Below, piece after piece: positions 37,336-49,287 of a stretch of 64,000 nucleotides of DNA (positions are counted from its first letter, which is position 1; every line of letters begins with the position of its first letter). Under the pieces are notes generated by a model, which worked only from the letters and a program-made list of their open reading frames with translations, searched no databases and was not told where the DNA came from. The position numbers were made by a program, and so were the translations under genes. The stretch covers positions 1 to 64,000 of the forward strand of contig JAZDNF010000009.1 in the NCBI GenBank assembly GCA_043800255.1, given 5' to 3'. The DNA comes from Candidatus Altiarchaeota archaeon. GTDB lineage: Archaea; Altiarchaeota; Altiarchaeia; IMC4; SCGC-AAA252-I15.

Positions 37336-39387
37336 ATGGTAAGGGCGTCTATTATATTTGTTGTTCTTCTGCTGTTGGCTTCCTATTGTGAGGCTGCTTT
37401 CAGGGATTATATGGAGTTGAGCTGGAATTCGACGATGAAGGAGGTTTTGAGCGGCCTTGTTTCTGCTGATTTGAACGGGGATGGGAATGCTGAGGTCGTT
37501 GTGAGCACTTCCACTGAGGGGGCGGTGTACGCTTTCGACAGCAAGGGCAAGAAGCTGTGGATGTATAATACGATGGGCTATGTGAATGATGTGATAGCCT
37601 CTGATTTGGATGGGGATTCCTACAAGGAGATTATAACGAGCACGTCAGGCCACGTCTATGCCATAAACCACAGGGGCGAGAAGGTCTGGTCTTTCCTGAT
37701 GAGCAGGAACGATGCCCGAAATCTTGGGGTGGGAGATTTGGACGGCGATGGAAGTAAGGAGGTCATAGTCGGGCCTTACGCTTCGAACTGCAAGGAGAGC
37801 ATAATATTCGTCATCAACGCTTCAGGCAACAAGTTCTGGTCTTATTCTCTTGGGAACTATTACGGGAACGTGATCGCCTCAGGAGACTTGGACGGCGACG
37901 GCAAGGATGAGGTTATAGTGGGGACTATGCTGAGGGCTTTGGATTCCAGCAGGATGATGTGCGACCCGTCCAAGACATCCCCTGCCAAGATTGTCGCAAT
38001 AAAGGGGGACGGCAAAAAACTCTGGGAGTATGGCACCGAAGGTGGGGTTACTGTGCTGGAGGTGTCTGATTTGGACGGCGACGGGATGAGGGAGGTTATC
38101 GCAGGCTCATATCCTAAGCTGTACGTTATCGACTATACTGGGAAGCTGGTGTGGGACTATAAGGCTGTCACCAAGGTCGATTCGATAGCCGTCGGCGACC
38201 TGGAGGGGGACAAACTCAAGGAGGTAATAGTCGGGGCGAACAACGTCTACGCTTTCAACAACATGGGCGTTTCGCTCTGGTATGGCGCGACCAACGACAG
38301 AGTCTACAATGTCGAGGTCGCCGACCTGGATAACACAGGATTTTCAGAGGTTATAGCTGCATCCGACAAAGTGTACGTGTTCGACAAGGTTGGCGAGCTC
38401 CTGTGGAACAGCGAACCGCTGAGGACCGTCCACAAGCTCGATATCTCAGACTTCGAGAGCGACAACTACAGGGAGATAGTGGCGGGGGCTATAGAGGAGG
38501 TTATAGCCTATAAGACAGGCTCTAAGGCGAGGAGGAACTACGCTGACGAATACCTTCAGAAGGCTAAAGACGACCTAGCAGCCGGCAGATACGAGAAGGG
38601 CTTGGACAACGCGATAAACGCCAAGGGGCTCTACTCCAGATTGGGTCTGATGAACGACGTCTCAACTGCCATCGAGCTGATTGACAGTCTCAACAGATCA
38701 GCCTCTATGCTAAGGAGCGAGAGTGAGCAGGCTGACAAATCCTTCAAGATTGCGAAAGAGTCGTTCGACGCCGGAGACTTCTGGAACGCGAGCAATTATG
38801 CGATGATCGCAAGGAGCAAATACTCAGCCCCTGAGATAATGAACAGGACATTGATTGGAGAGTGCGAGGGCATCATCAACAGGTCCAACGAGGCCCTATA
38901 CGAGAACGCCACCTTCTATTATAATAAGGCTCTTGCCGACTTCCAGGAGGGCAGACTGGATTCCGCCCTCCAGCAGGCGGGAGTGTCGGCAGAGATTTTC
39001 AAACACCTGAGGGATGACGAGGGAGTTAAGGGCTCAGAGTTTCTGATATCGCAGATACAGGCGAAGGCGAAATCAAAAATCAACCTGAAGGGTGTTTCCA
39101 GCAGGCTCAGGATGCCTAACCTGGACGGTAGCCCCTACGTCGGGGTCATAGTCTCGGCAGTAGTATTGCTGGTTTTCGTGCTATTGGTGGCCTATTTTAT
39201 CGTGAAAAAAGTCAGAACGCCGAAGATGTCCAAGGAGGAGATAAGAAGCCACCTGCAGGAGACTGCAACACAGCAGAACAGGAAAGTAGAGACTGAGCAT
39301 CTGAAGCCTAAAGTCATGAGGGAACGGCCGAAATTCACGAGAGACCATCACAGGAGGATCGGCAAAGCAATACCCAGAAAAAGATGA
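37336..39387 (+). CDS. Membrane-anchored FG-GAP/Ca-binding beta-propeller protein with TPR-like helical stalk
   Basis: Signal peptide, eight D(L/F)xxDxxxE-like repeats, helical region, C-terminal TM; start uncertain (37327/37336). Confidence 0.75.
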   Translation: MVRASIIFVVLLLLASYCEAAFRDYMELSWNSTMKEVLSGLVSADLNGDGNAEVVVSTSTEGAVYAFDSKGKKLWMYNTMGYVNDVIASDLDGDSYKEIITSTSGHVYAINHRGEKVWSFLMSRNDARNLGVGDLDGDGSKEVIVGPYASNCKESIIFVINASGNKFWSYSLGNYYGNVIASGDLDGDGKDEVIVGTMLRALDSSRMMCDPSKTSPAKIVAIKGDGKKLWEYGTEGGVTVLEVSDLDGDGMREVIAGSYPKLYVIDYTGKLVWDYKAVTKVDSIAVGDLEGDKLKEVIVGANNVYAFNNMGVSLWYGATNDRVYNVEVADLDNTGFSEVIAASDKVYVFDKVGELLWNSEPLRTVHKLDISDFESDNYREIVAGAIEEVIAYKTGSKARRNYADEYLQKAKDDLAAGRYEKGLDNAINAKGLYSRLGLMNDVSTAIELIDSLNRSASMLRSESEQADKSFKIAKESFDAGDFWNASNYAMIARSKYSAPEIMNRTLIGECEGIINRSNEALYENATFYYNKALADFQEGRLDSALQQAGVSAEIFKHLRDDEGVKGSEFLISQIQAKAKSKINLKGVSSRLRMPNLDGSPYVGVIVSAVVLLVFVLLVAYFIVKKVRTPKMSKEEIRSHLQETATQQNRKVETEHLKPKVMRERPKFTRDHHRRIGKAIPRKR

Positions 39388-41952
39388 TTATTTGCCCTTA
39401 AGCCGCAGTATTATGCTAACCCTTCTCAGGACGCAGTCTGCAAAGTACATGAGCAACGCGGCGACAGCCAGATAATGCCATACCGGCGTTTCCTCGACCC
39501 TGTTTACGGTCGATATCCTCCTGGCGTAGTCCAGGAGGTCGGCTTCAAGCTGCGAAACCTGCTGGTGCGTGTAATATGAGCCTCCGGTGGCTCCGGCGAT
39601 GCTGGACAGGGTCTTAGAGTCAATGCCAAGCTGGTTCAATTCAACAGGATAGTTGACCGCCAGCGCGTCAACGTCAGAGTCTGAGCCGAGTATCGCTTTG
39701 ACAGCGTACAATCCGGCCCTGTTGGGGTTGAATGTGCCGACAAACGAGTCAAGGGAGTCCTGCTTCAGAGCCACCTCGGGAATGATCCCGGACTCGGAGT
39801 GCTTTACTATCAGCTCAGGTTTAGACTGTGCCTCGACCTTTATAAGAGCCTCGTTTCCAACGTAAGCGTTGCCCGTCTTCAGGAGCACGCTCCTGCCTTT
39901 CTCAAGGTCTCCTATGATCCAGTTGGTCAGCGCTGAGATGAGCTTTCCGTTGCCAGCCTCGTACATGCGGGGGCTCCACTCCATCCCATTGTCTGTGGTG
40001 ATGGACGCGACCCTCCCCAGGCCGAACCACCATACTGTGATGACAGGCTGCTCGGCCTTCGTTGACACGACCATCCTGGATATGGACTTCTCGTAGACTG
40101 TGTTATAGTTGCTGATCTTGACGTCGCTAAGCTCCATCCCCTCTGTTATGAAATGGTACCGGTCATAAATCTTCAAAGTGAAGCCCTCATCGCCCTTCTC
40201 CTCCTCGCTGAACCTCAACAGAAGGCGCTCATGCTCCCTCTCGCTTGGGCCATAATAGAGGCCATTGCCCCTGCGCGCGAACTCGACCATCCTGGACTCG
40301 GACTTGGGTATGGGATTGTCTGGATTGCTTCCCAAGACGGAAGCGCCCCCGCCGACTCCGATGAAGTTGGACTGTATGCCCTTGTCAGCCATCGTCTCCA
40401 GCTTATAGTACAGTGAATCGATTGAATTCTTCTGCCTGTAGATTTCGCCGTCGGTGAACATGAATATGAACTTCTTTCCTTCGAAGCCTGACAGCATCCT
40501 CTCAGCCTCATCCAGGCTAGAGTAGGCGTCAGTGCCGGCCTCGCCGAGAAGGCATGCCTGCAACCTGAGTATCCTGTCCTCGAGCGCCTCCCTGTCCAGG
40601 TACTCGAACTGCGTGAAATCCACGACAGTGTAGGGGTCTACGTTAAAGGCTATGAGCCCTATGCTGTCCCTGGGGTCGAGCTGCCTCATTACGTTTATCA
40701 TAAGCGCCTTCGCTATCTCGTCAGGCTCCGTCTGCCCCAGCCCGGGAGCGGCGAAACTGCAGGACAGGTCCATGAGGAAGACTACGCCGATAGGCTGCCT
40801 CTCCTTGGTAGGTTTTTTCCCGGATTTCACGGGCAGCAAGCTTTCGAAGTAGCTGTTATTGTAGCTGCCGTACTCGTAGGAGTTGTCGCCTCCGACGGCG
40901 ATAATGCCGTTGCCTGCCAGCACGTAACGCTTGTACTTTTCGACGAGGTCTCCGTCCAAGTCATCGGAATTTATGTTGTCCAGGACGACGGCCGGGTATC
41001 CGGAGATTTCCTCGTTTACGTTGGTTGTGAACTTGACATCGTATATCCTGCTCAGCACCTTGAGGAGGGGCGTGTCGGTCTCGGAGCCGATGACGAGGAG
41101 TTCAGGCCTTTCGACCACGTCAACCTTCTTGTAGAATCGGTTATTGTCCGGGAAGAAGTCGTCAGTGCCAGGCACCAGGTTTATCACTATCTCGTGGACG
41201 CCGGTCTCGGAGAACATCAACGTTTTGTTGATGTACTGTGTCAGGCCTGTCTGGGAGACTGTCTCCTCATGTATCCTGGAGCCGTCGACCGTTATCTCGA
41301 CCGTGTATCTGGCCCTCTCCTGCGACGTCTTCTCGACCTTCAGGACCATATCGTATTCGGCGTTCACCGGAGTCTTGTCGTCTCCCATCACGTCGCTTAT
41401 CCTGATGTCATCCTTCAGAACTCGGGGGGATATCGTGAAAACGGTTATGTTCATGGGAGCCAATACTGCGGCAACGCTCACAGGCTCCCTGCCGAAGTTG
41501 TTCCTGCCGTCCGAGAGCAGGATGACAATCTGATTGCCCTCCAGCGACTTCAGCCTCGTCCTGTAGAGGGTGTCGCCTATGGCGGTCTTGTTGCCTGAGA
41601 AGAACTCTATGTTGACGTCAGCCTTGCCGGTCGCGTTCTTGACGACGCTGTTTATCTCATTGTAGAGCCTGTTGCCCAGAGCCTCGGAGTCGAAAAGGTC
41701 CATGCTGGGGGAGGCGTCCTCGATGATGGTTATGGGTGGAAGGTCTCCGAGGACCTCCTTCTTGGTTAGGATATGCGGCGAAGCGAGGGCAACCACCAGC
41801 AGACATATGAGGACCGTCCTAACGATGAGGAACCTGACCTTCCGTCTGTCGAATCCACCGCGCAAGACGTAGTAGAAGAGCAGCAACAGCAGAGGAGCTG
41901 CCCAGGCCAGCCTCAGGGGATGGTCGAATGCTATGCTCTCTAGAGTAGGCAT
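39388..41952 (-). CDS. Membrane vWA-domain protein with glutamine-amidotransferase-like domain
   Basis: Likely start MPTLESIAF (TGATG overlap); DASPSM and DLSCS MIDAS-like motifs, LLSDG, FTDG, LESLLPV-like motif, GLGRV. Confidence 0.78.
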   Translation of the reverse strand: MPTLESIAFDHPLRLAWAAPLLLLLFYYVLRGGFDRRKVRFLIVRTVLICLLVVALASPHILTKKEVLGDLPPITIIEDASPSMDLFDSEALGNRLYNEINSVVKNATGKADVNIEFFSGNKTAIGDTLYRTRLKSLEGNQIVILLSDGRNNFGREPVSVAAVLAPMNITVFTISPRVLKDDIRISDVMGDDKTPVNAEYDMVLKVEKTSQERARYTVEITVDGSRIHEETVSQTGLTQYINKTLMFSETGVHEIVINLVPGTDDFFPDNNRFYKKVDVVERPELLVIGSETDTPLLKVLSRIYDVKFTTNVNEEISGYPAVVLDNINSDDLDGDLVEKYKRYVLAGNGIIAVGGDNSYEYGSYNNSYFESLLPVKSGKKPTKERQPIGVVFLMDLSCSFAAPGLGQTEPDEIAKALMINVMRQLDPRDSIGLIAFNVDPYTVVDFTQFEYLDREALEDRILRLQACLLGEAGTDAYSSLDEAERMLSGFEGKKFIFMFTDGEIYRQKNSIDSLYYKLETMADKGIQSNFIGVGGGASVLGSNPDNPIPKSESRMVEFARRGNGLYYGPSEREHERLLLRFSEEEKGDEGFTLKIYDRYHFITEGMELSDVKISNYNTVYEKSISRMVVSTKAEQPVITVWWFGLGRVASITTDNGMEWSPRMYEAGNGKLISALTNWIIGDLEKGRSVLLKTGNAYVGNEALIKVEAQSKPELIVKHSESGIIPEVALKQDSLDSFVGTFNPNRAGLYAVKAILGSDSDVDALAVNYPVELNQLGIDSKTLSSIAGATGGSYYTHQQVSQLEADLLDYARRISTVNRVEETPVWHYLAVAALLMYFADCVLRRVSIILRLKGK

Positions 41953-43889
41953 CACAGCAATCCCCTCCGCCTGTAGAGGAAAGTCTCGGCAAATAGTATG
42001 AAAAGCGCGAAGGCTATGAGTATTGAATAGAAATACCTCCTGGTTTTTTCGCTGGCGATATCCAGGCCGACGACCTTCTCGTACTCCCTGAACTCCGTAG
42101 CGCTTATGTTCGACTCCATCTCGTTGAGCAGGTTGACAGAGAACGTTTTGGTGAAGTTCCCGGCTGCGATATCGTAAACTCCCGCATCGTCGAGGAAGAA
42201 CACCGTCGACTCTATGTCCTCGCCGGCCGGCGTTGTGAGTGTGGCGTTCATCTCCAGCGAGAGGTACTCGCCAGAGTTGTAGGAGCTTATGATCCCAAAC
42301 GAGTCGTCCCCGGTGAGAAACAGCATGATCTTGTATAAGAGGATTGGAAATTCCGAGCTCATCCTGAAGTTGCTCCACCTCTCGTCAGGGTTTATGCCCA
42401 GATATAGCACCCTCCCACGGCCGTATTCCTGGTAAGAGATGAGAGGGTATTTTCCCGTTGATACGACGGTTATGGAGTTGTTCTTAGCGGCCGCCCTGAA
42501 GTACCTTAAGGCTGTAACCCCCGAGAAGCCTATCTCCTCCTTCCCCTCCCTCCCCACAATCTCATGGTAGGGTATGTCAGAGTATATGAGGCCTGTCCCT
42601 GACACGATATCCTCGAAGACGACCGGGCTCATCTCGTAGAAGACGCTTTCCCCTATCTGAGCAGTAAAATCGTAGGGCACCATTATGAATGAGCCGCCGC
42701 CTCTCGTGAAGAGTGAGATGTCCCTGAGGGTTCCGGGCGGGATGTTGACGTTTGACACGCTTCCAAGTATGATAAGGTCGTATTTGCCGAATTCTGGGAT
42801 GACAGGCACCTCTGCAACATCCAATACGTTGTTCGGCAGGGACTGGAGAGCCAGCCTCAGATAGCTGTCCATCCCCTCAGAGGAGATGAGAAGCGTCTTA
42901 AGCGTCCTGATGCCCTCGACGACCGCATAGGCTGAGTCGTCAACAGCCAGGTCGTCGCCTCTCGTAAGTTCCACCCTGACAAGCTGGCTCTCATCAGGTA
43001 TGCTGTACTCGCCCTGATAGAAGAGGTCAGAGTACGCTTTCATGGTCCGTTCCTGCGTGTCCAGCAACTCCCGGTTAGATTGTATTTTGAACTGGACGGT
43101 ATGCTCCTCAGGGTCGTAGTTCCTTATGGTCACGGTCACCATGAGCTTCCTGGGGTTCTTGGAGGACCTCCACGCGGAAAAGTCTATGACGCCGACGTTC
43201 CTGCCGCTGGATCCGAATTTCACGAATTTCACCTTTATGTCGTTCAACTCGGCTATCTTCTTGGCTAGCGACGGGTCCATGCCCTCGTTGTCTGAGAAGT
43301 CGGAGAGGACGTGGATTACCTTGCTCTTGCTCTCTCCGACGATCATGTCCTTTGCCAGTATGATGGAGTCCCCGATGTTGGAGGACGTGTCAGCCGCCTT
43401 CAGTTTTCCCAAAACCAGCCTAGCCTGTTCTACGCTCCCCTTGTCCAGCAGGGTTATGGGGATGTTCTCGGCGAGTATTATGCTGACTGAGCTCTTCCTG
43501 TTGGCGCGTTCCAGTATTTCATCAGCCTCCGCCAGCGCGCTGCTAAACCTGTCAGGCCTCATGTCCTTGGCCTGCATGCTCGCTGACGCGTCGACCACTA
43601 TGGCGATTGCCGACTCGACGCCGCCTTCAGCGTCTGAGGAGATGAACGGCTTAGCTAACGCAACCGCGAGGAGGATGATGACCAGCAACTGCGTCAGAAG
43701 TATCGGATCCTTTATGAGCCTGTCAAAAAGGGAGGCGAACCTCCTGTTCCGTTCTATGTTCTTTATGAACATCAAAGTTGGGAGCCTGACTTCCTTAGGC
43801 TTCGGCTTCAGGAGGTAGAGTATTATTATCGGTACCAGCAGCAGCAGGCCAAATAGCAGGAGCGGCGTTTCAAAGAGTCTTTCAAACAT
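41952..43889 (-). CDS. BatA N-terminal + vWA domain membrane protein
   Basis: PIIILYLLKP...PTLMF...LAKPF BatA pattern; DASASM MIDAS; VLSDF. Confidence 0.82.
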   Translation of the reverse strand: MFERLFETPLLLFGLLLLVPIIILYLLKPKPKEVRLPTLMFIKNIERNRRFASLFDRLIKDPILLTQLLVIILLAVALAKPFISSDAEGGVESAIAIVVDASASMQAKDMRPDRFSSALAEADEILERANRKSSVSIILAENIPITLLDKGSVEQARLVLGKLKAADTSSNIGDSIILAKDMIVGESKSKVIHVLSDFSDNEGMDPSLAKKIAELNDIKVKFVKFGSSGRNVGVIDFSAWRSSKNPRKLMVTVTIRNYDPEEHTVQFKIQSNRELLDTQERTMKAYSDLFYQGEYSIPDESQLVRVELTRGDDLAVDDSAYAVVEGIRTLKTLLISSEGMDSYLRLALQSLPNNVLDVAEVPVIPEFGKYDLIILGSVSNVNIPPGTLRDISLFTRGGGSFIMVPYDFTAQIGESVFYEMSPVVFEDIVSGTGLIYSDIPYHEIVGREGKEEIGFSGVTALRYFRAAAKNNSITVVSTGKYPLISYQEYGRGRVLYLGINPDERWSNFRMSSEFPILLYKIMLFLTGDDSFGIISSYNSGEYLSLEMNATLTTPAGEDIESTVFFLDDAGVYDIAAGNFTKTFSVNLLNEMESNISATEFREYEKVVGLDIASEKTRRYFYSILIAFALFILFAETFLYRRRGLL

Positions 43890-44763
43890 GACTGCGACCT
43901 CCGCCCAGCAGGCTCACGAAGCAGTCGAATATGGGAGTGTTGGTTCTGACGGAGTGGAAGTCAGCGCCGACGTCGTCGCATATCCCGTTGAGCTCCTTGA
44001 TGTGCTCTGTGACGCGCTCATTATACTCTTTCTTGAAGTTTGGGCTTAGGAACGTCCGCTTATGTCCCCCAGACTCCATGTCCTCGAAGTTTACGTCCTC
44101 AGACCATTCGAGGTTTACCTCGCCTGGGTCGAGTACCTGTATCATTATCAGCTCCTTCGACTGTTTGGCTATCCTGAGGATGCCCTCCTTGAGGGAGTCC
44201 ATAGGCTCCAGGAAGTCGGACAGCACTACGATGAACGATTTCGACTTTATCATCCTGCTGTACTGGGAGGTGGCAGTTCCGAAGTTAGTCTCCCCCTCCA
44301 ATTTCGCGTTGTTCAATATGTCTATGGTCTGGAAAAGGTGGGTTTTGGTCCGCTCCGCCCCCAGCGTCTGCATAAGCTGCTTCGAGTATAAGCCTATGCC
44401 AAACTCCTCGTTGTTCACTACAGTGAGGAAGCCGAAACCTGCCGCCAGGTTGCTCGCGTAGTCGAACTTCCTGTTCCCCTTCAGGCCGAAGTCCATGCTC
44501 TTGCTGGAATCGACCAGCAGATGCAGGATGAGGTTCTTGTCCTCCTCGAAGCGCCTGATGTACAGTTTCTCCGTCCGCCCGTAGACCTTCCAGTCTATGT
44601 TCCTGAAGTCGTCTCCCGGGAAGTACTCCCTGTAGTCCAGAGGCTCGATGCCGCTCCCGTATTTGGTGGAGGGCCTGCCGCCAGTATACAATGCCGAGAC
44701 CTTCTTCCGAATCACAAAATGCAGGTGCTTGACCTGGTCCAGGAAGGAGGCATCAACTGCCAT
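43882..44763 (-). CDS. DUF58 family vWA-like protein
   Basis: YREYFPGDDFRNIDWK, DSSKSM, VLSDF. Confidence 0.88.
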   Translation of the reverse strand: MAVDASFLDQVKHLHFVIRKKVSALYTGGRPSTKYGSGIEPLDYREYFPGDDFRNIDWKVYGRTEKLYIRRFEEDKNLILHLLVDSSKSMDFGLKGNRKFDYASNLAAGFGFLTVVNNEEFGIGLYSKQLMQTLGAERTKTHLFQTIDILNNAKLEGETNFGTATSQYSRMIKSKSFIVVLSDFLEPMDSLKEGILRIAKQSKELIMIQVLDPGEVNLEWSEDVNFEDMESGGHKRTFLSPNFKKEYNERVTEHIKELNGICDDVGADFHSVRTNTPIFDCFVSLLGGGRSHV

Positions 44764-44764
44764 C

Positions 44765-45882
<1,118 letters not shown>

Positions 45883-45883
<1 letters not shown>

Positions 45884-46791
45884 TACGTCTCACCAACAAC
45901 TTTTTCAAAATATTTTCTGACGATTTCCTCATACTCAGGCCCGATAACGCATTCGTCGCACGTTTCCGCAGACCTGACGGAATCGAGTGTGAAGTCGACC
46001 TTGTCCTTCGCCTCCGCTGTGTCGTGTATCTCAATGTCGCCGCCGTACTCAGGATGGAGTTTGAAGTTGACGTCCTTGCCGTAGAGATTCGCTGCTGAGG
46101 CGTCGCCGAATATGTTCGGGTTCTCCTCGCCTCCCGCACCCCATCCCCTCCCGGGAATAGGCCCCTCAGAGTAGCCTGGCTTCTCTCCCCCGGGTTCGGC
46201 GCCGAGCTTCTCAGGCTCCTTCAGCTTGTATATCTCGTCCGAAGACTCCCATGAGCTGCCGTCTTTGCTGCTGTCGATATTCAGCCTGCCCTCGTCCATG
46301 AGGCTGGTCATGCTGTCCAGCAGCCTGCTGCTCCTCAGCAGGTCAGAGCCCAAATCCATCAGGTCGAATGCTGTGAAGGTTAGCAGCACGAACATCAGCA
46401 CGATCACCATCACGACCCTGCTGGCGAATGTCTTCGGCTCTATGAACGATGAAGTCTCCAGGTCGTTCAAAAGGGCTGAGACGTCGGACTTCAGGTCTTT
46501 GACGATGAGATTGTCCTCGTTTATGTTATCCTTCGCGGTCTTGAGCCTCTCCCTGAGGTTGGCGTTCTTCTCCTCTATGACCGAGACCACGTCAGATTCT
46601 TTGAACTTGCGCGACAGCACGAGCAATGTGGTGATAATGGTCGGGACAACGGCGAATACTATAGATACCCTTACTATCTGGAGCACTATCGAGAATATGA
46701 GGAATGTTATCAGAAAATCCAGTATGGCCTCGTATATCCTTATCCCAAGAAAGACCTTCTCCGCCTCGTTTATCCTCTGCGCCAGCCTCAT
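45883..46791 (-). CDS. Membrane protein of the MoxR operon
   Basis: Three TM helices, LRERLKTAKDN, Gly-rich linker, C-terminal EIVRKYF. Confidence 0.7.
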
Positions 46792-46800
46792 CTTATGCCC

Positions 46801-47520
46801 TTAGATATCCTCTACGCCCGTTATTATAGCATTCACCTGCGACTGCAAGTCGTCAAGCTTCCTCTCCAGGCTGTTGAGGTCGCTCTTCATCTTCGTGACG
46901 TCGCTCTCAAGCTGTCCCCTCAGGTCAGAATCTGTGACCTGGCTGACTTTGCTGTCGATTGACTCCGCAGTGCCTTCAACATCGCTGGCCTTGCTCTTGG
47001 CGCTGGTCATCGTGGACGAGAGCTCGGAGCCCGTGTTCCTCATGTTGGTTGTGATGCTCGTTATCCTCTGGATTTCGATTGTAGCAGTGTTCAGTTGCGC
47101 TGCCTTCCTGCCGAGGTCGGTGCTGCACACGTCATACTCCTGCTTCGCATCATAGTAGAGGCCAGACAGCCTCTCCTTCTCGTACAATGTCGTGTTAAGG
47201 TCCTGCTCCAGTCCAGTCTTCTCGTCCTTCAGCTCGGTGAAGTGCTCGCCGAAGAAGCTCTCCCTCTCCTTCGACAGGTTGAGCTCGCCCATATAAGAGG
47301 AAAGCTGCTTCTCTTTGGCGTTGAGAAGCTCCTCCTTGGCCTTCGCCTCCCTCAGTGTCGAATTAAGGTCCTGGGCGACCTTGTTAACGTCAGATATGGC
47401 GTCCCGGTAGCGGGTATTAAGCTTCATGTAGGTTGACCGGTAGTATAGGCCCAACAGTAGCATGGATATTATCGTCAGAAGCAGCAGCCCGAACAGAAGG
47501 AAATTCACGTTATGCTTCAT
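46801..47520 (-). CDS. Membrane-anchored coiled-coil protein
   Basis: N-terminal TM followed by a long heptad-rich region. Confidence 0.7.
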   Translation of the reverse strand: MKHNVNFLLFGLLLLTIISMLLLGLYYRSTYMKLNTRYRDAISDVNKVAQDLNSTLREAKAKEELLNAKEKQLSSYMGELNLSKERESFFGEHFTELKDEKTGLEQDLNTTLYEKERLSGLYYDAKQEYDVCSTDLGRKAAQLNTATIEIQRITSITTNMRNTGSELSSTMTSAKSKASDVEGTAESIDSKVSQVTDSDLRGQLESDVTKMKSDLNSLERKLDDLQSQVNAIITGVEDI

Positions 47521-47553
47521 CTTTAATTAAATAGAACTGAGGGTTAAATACAT

Positions 47554-48102
47554 TCAAAGCCTGTGGACGATTTCCCGCTCGAGGAAGCTGAGCTGCTGCT
47601 CGTTGAACACTTTCGGGTTCGCGGAAAGGAGGAAACAGCAACTGCTTGTTGAGATGCTGTCGTTTATGTGCTCTATGAGCTGCTCGACGCTCCTGAAGTC
47701 GTTATTGTTTATCAAGTATTCAACGCCCTCGAGGAAGATGACCCCGTTTTTGGTGTGCTCAATGAACTCGTCTATGTTCACCGCCACCTGCCCCAGGTCT
47801 GTCGACAGTATGAAAGGAAGGTCTGATGGAGTGCCCCTCAGCCATATTATCGGCGTCTTCGTGAACTTGTACCTCTGCCTGATCTCGTTCGGGTTTCTCC
47901 TGATGATGCACAAGCCAGGCATGTTGTTGTTAACGGCGTCGGAGAATATTTCGAAGCCGATATTAGGAGTCGTCTCCTCCACAAGGTAGCTCAGCCCGGA
48001 CTTCAAATCGAACCTCGGATTACTCCGCGTCTTCTTCTCAGGCTCTACTGATATGAGGGGGATGACAGGCTTCAGCTCCGTCTCCTCTCCTTTCTTTTCC
48101 AT
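47554..48102 (-). CDS. DUF835 family (inactive KaiC-like) protein
   Basis: GLCIIRRNP, IIWL, IFLEGVEYLINNNDF. Confidence 0.75.
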   Translation of the reverse strand: MEKKGEETELKPVIPLISVEPEKKTRSNPRFDLKSGLSYLVEETTPNIGFEIFSDAVNNNMPGLCIIRRNPNEIRQRYKFTKTPIIWLRGTPSDLPFILSTDLGQVAVNIDEFIEHTKNGVIFLEGVEYLINNNDFRSVEQLIEHINDSISTSSCCFLLSANPKVFNEQQLSFLEREIVHRL

Positions 48103-48135
48103 TTTATTAACAATAAGGTTTAAATAAGAAATACT

Positions 48136-49287
48136 ATGTCAGACCAGAAGAAAAAGACTCTCTGGACCCTGTCGGGAGCTTCCTTTCTCAACGACTTCGG
48201 CTCTGACATGATTTACCCGCTCTGGCCGGTCTTCGTCACCTCAGTTTTAGGCGCTAACATGACCGTCCTTGGATTCATTGACGGCCTAGGTGACGCTCTC
48301 GTCTCGATCTCGCAGGCGGTTTCAGGCTACCTGTCAGACAGGTCCAAGAAGAGAAAGATCTTTATCTGGTTAGGATATCTTTTCGGCTCTGTCTCGAGGA
48401 TAGGCTACGCATTTTCGACCGCCTGGCAGCATCTCATCCCATTCAGGGTGTTGGACAGGGCCGGGAAGATGAGAGGCGCCCCAAGAGATGCCATCATAGC
48501 TGACATTTCAACCGACAGTAACCGGGGAGGGAATTTCGGCCTCCTGAGGGCCATGGACAACCTCGGGGCAGTATGCGGGATAATAGCATCGATAGTGTTG
48601 TTCGGCTTCCTCGGTTACAGGAGGCTTTTCCTTTTGGCTGCGATACCGTCGCTAATAGGCGCGGCGCTCATAATACTGAACGTCGAAGACTCCGGCTCCA
48701 AAAAGGTTTACCGGGGCTTCAGTTTAAGGAACCTCAGCAGAGACTATAAAGTGTTCCTCCTGCTGAGTTCCGTGTTCGCATTAGGGTGGTTCAGCTACTC
48801 TTTCCTGCTGATTTCAGCCAAGGACGCCGGGTTTAATGTCACGACAATACCGATACTTTACCTTATCTTCACGGTCGTCGCGTCTGCCACTTCAATATAC
48901 TTCGGGAGGCTGGCTGACAGAATCGGCAGGAGAACAGTATTAGGCCTCTCGTTCATCCTCTTCGGCCTCATGTGCCTGGGTTTCATGTTCTTGGAGAATA
49001 CCCTAGCAATAGTGATGTTGTTCGTAGTCTACGGCCTGCATATGGCCTCAATAGAGCCTGTGAGAAACGCCATGGTCTCCGAATTCTCGACAGAGGATCA
49101 GAGGGCCACGATGCTTGGAACCTACAGGATGGTGGTAGGAGTATTGGCTCTGCCTGCCTCGCTGATTGCTGGCCTCCTCTGGGAGAGCATAGGCCATTGG
49201 GCCCCGTTCATGTTCTCGTTCCTGATGTGCGTCATAGCGACTTTCCTGCTGTCGTTCATGAGGGAGCCTAGGCCCTCACCATCATAG
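48136..49287 (+). CDS. MFS transporter
   Basis: About 12 TM helices; GYLSDR, GRLADRIGRR motif A. Confidence 0.9.
   Translation: MSDQKKKTLWTLSGASFLNDFGSDMIYPLWPVFVTSVLGANMTVLGFIDGLGDALVSISQAVSGYLSDRSKKRKIFIWLGYLFGSVSRIGYAFSTAWQHLIPFRVLDRAGKMRGAPRDAIIADISTDSNRGGNFGLLRAMDNLGAVCGIIASIVLFGFLGYRRLFLLAAIPSLIGAALIILNVEDSGSKKVYRGFSLRNLSRDYKVFLLLSSVFALGWFSYSFLLISAKDAGFNVTTIPILYLIFTVVASATSIYFGRLADRIGRRTVLGLSFILFGLMCLGFMFLENTLAIVMLFVVYGLHMASIEPVRNAMVSEFSTEDQRATMLGTYRMVVGVLALPASLIAGLLWESIGHWAPFMFSFLMCVIATFLLSFMREPRPSPS

Noticed and set aside
41953-42378. N-terminal extension of ORF 39388..42378
   Set aside because: It overlaps the BatA/vWA gene; the TGATG coupling at 41952 gives a better start
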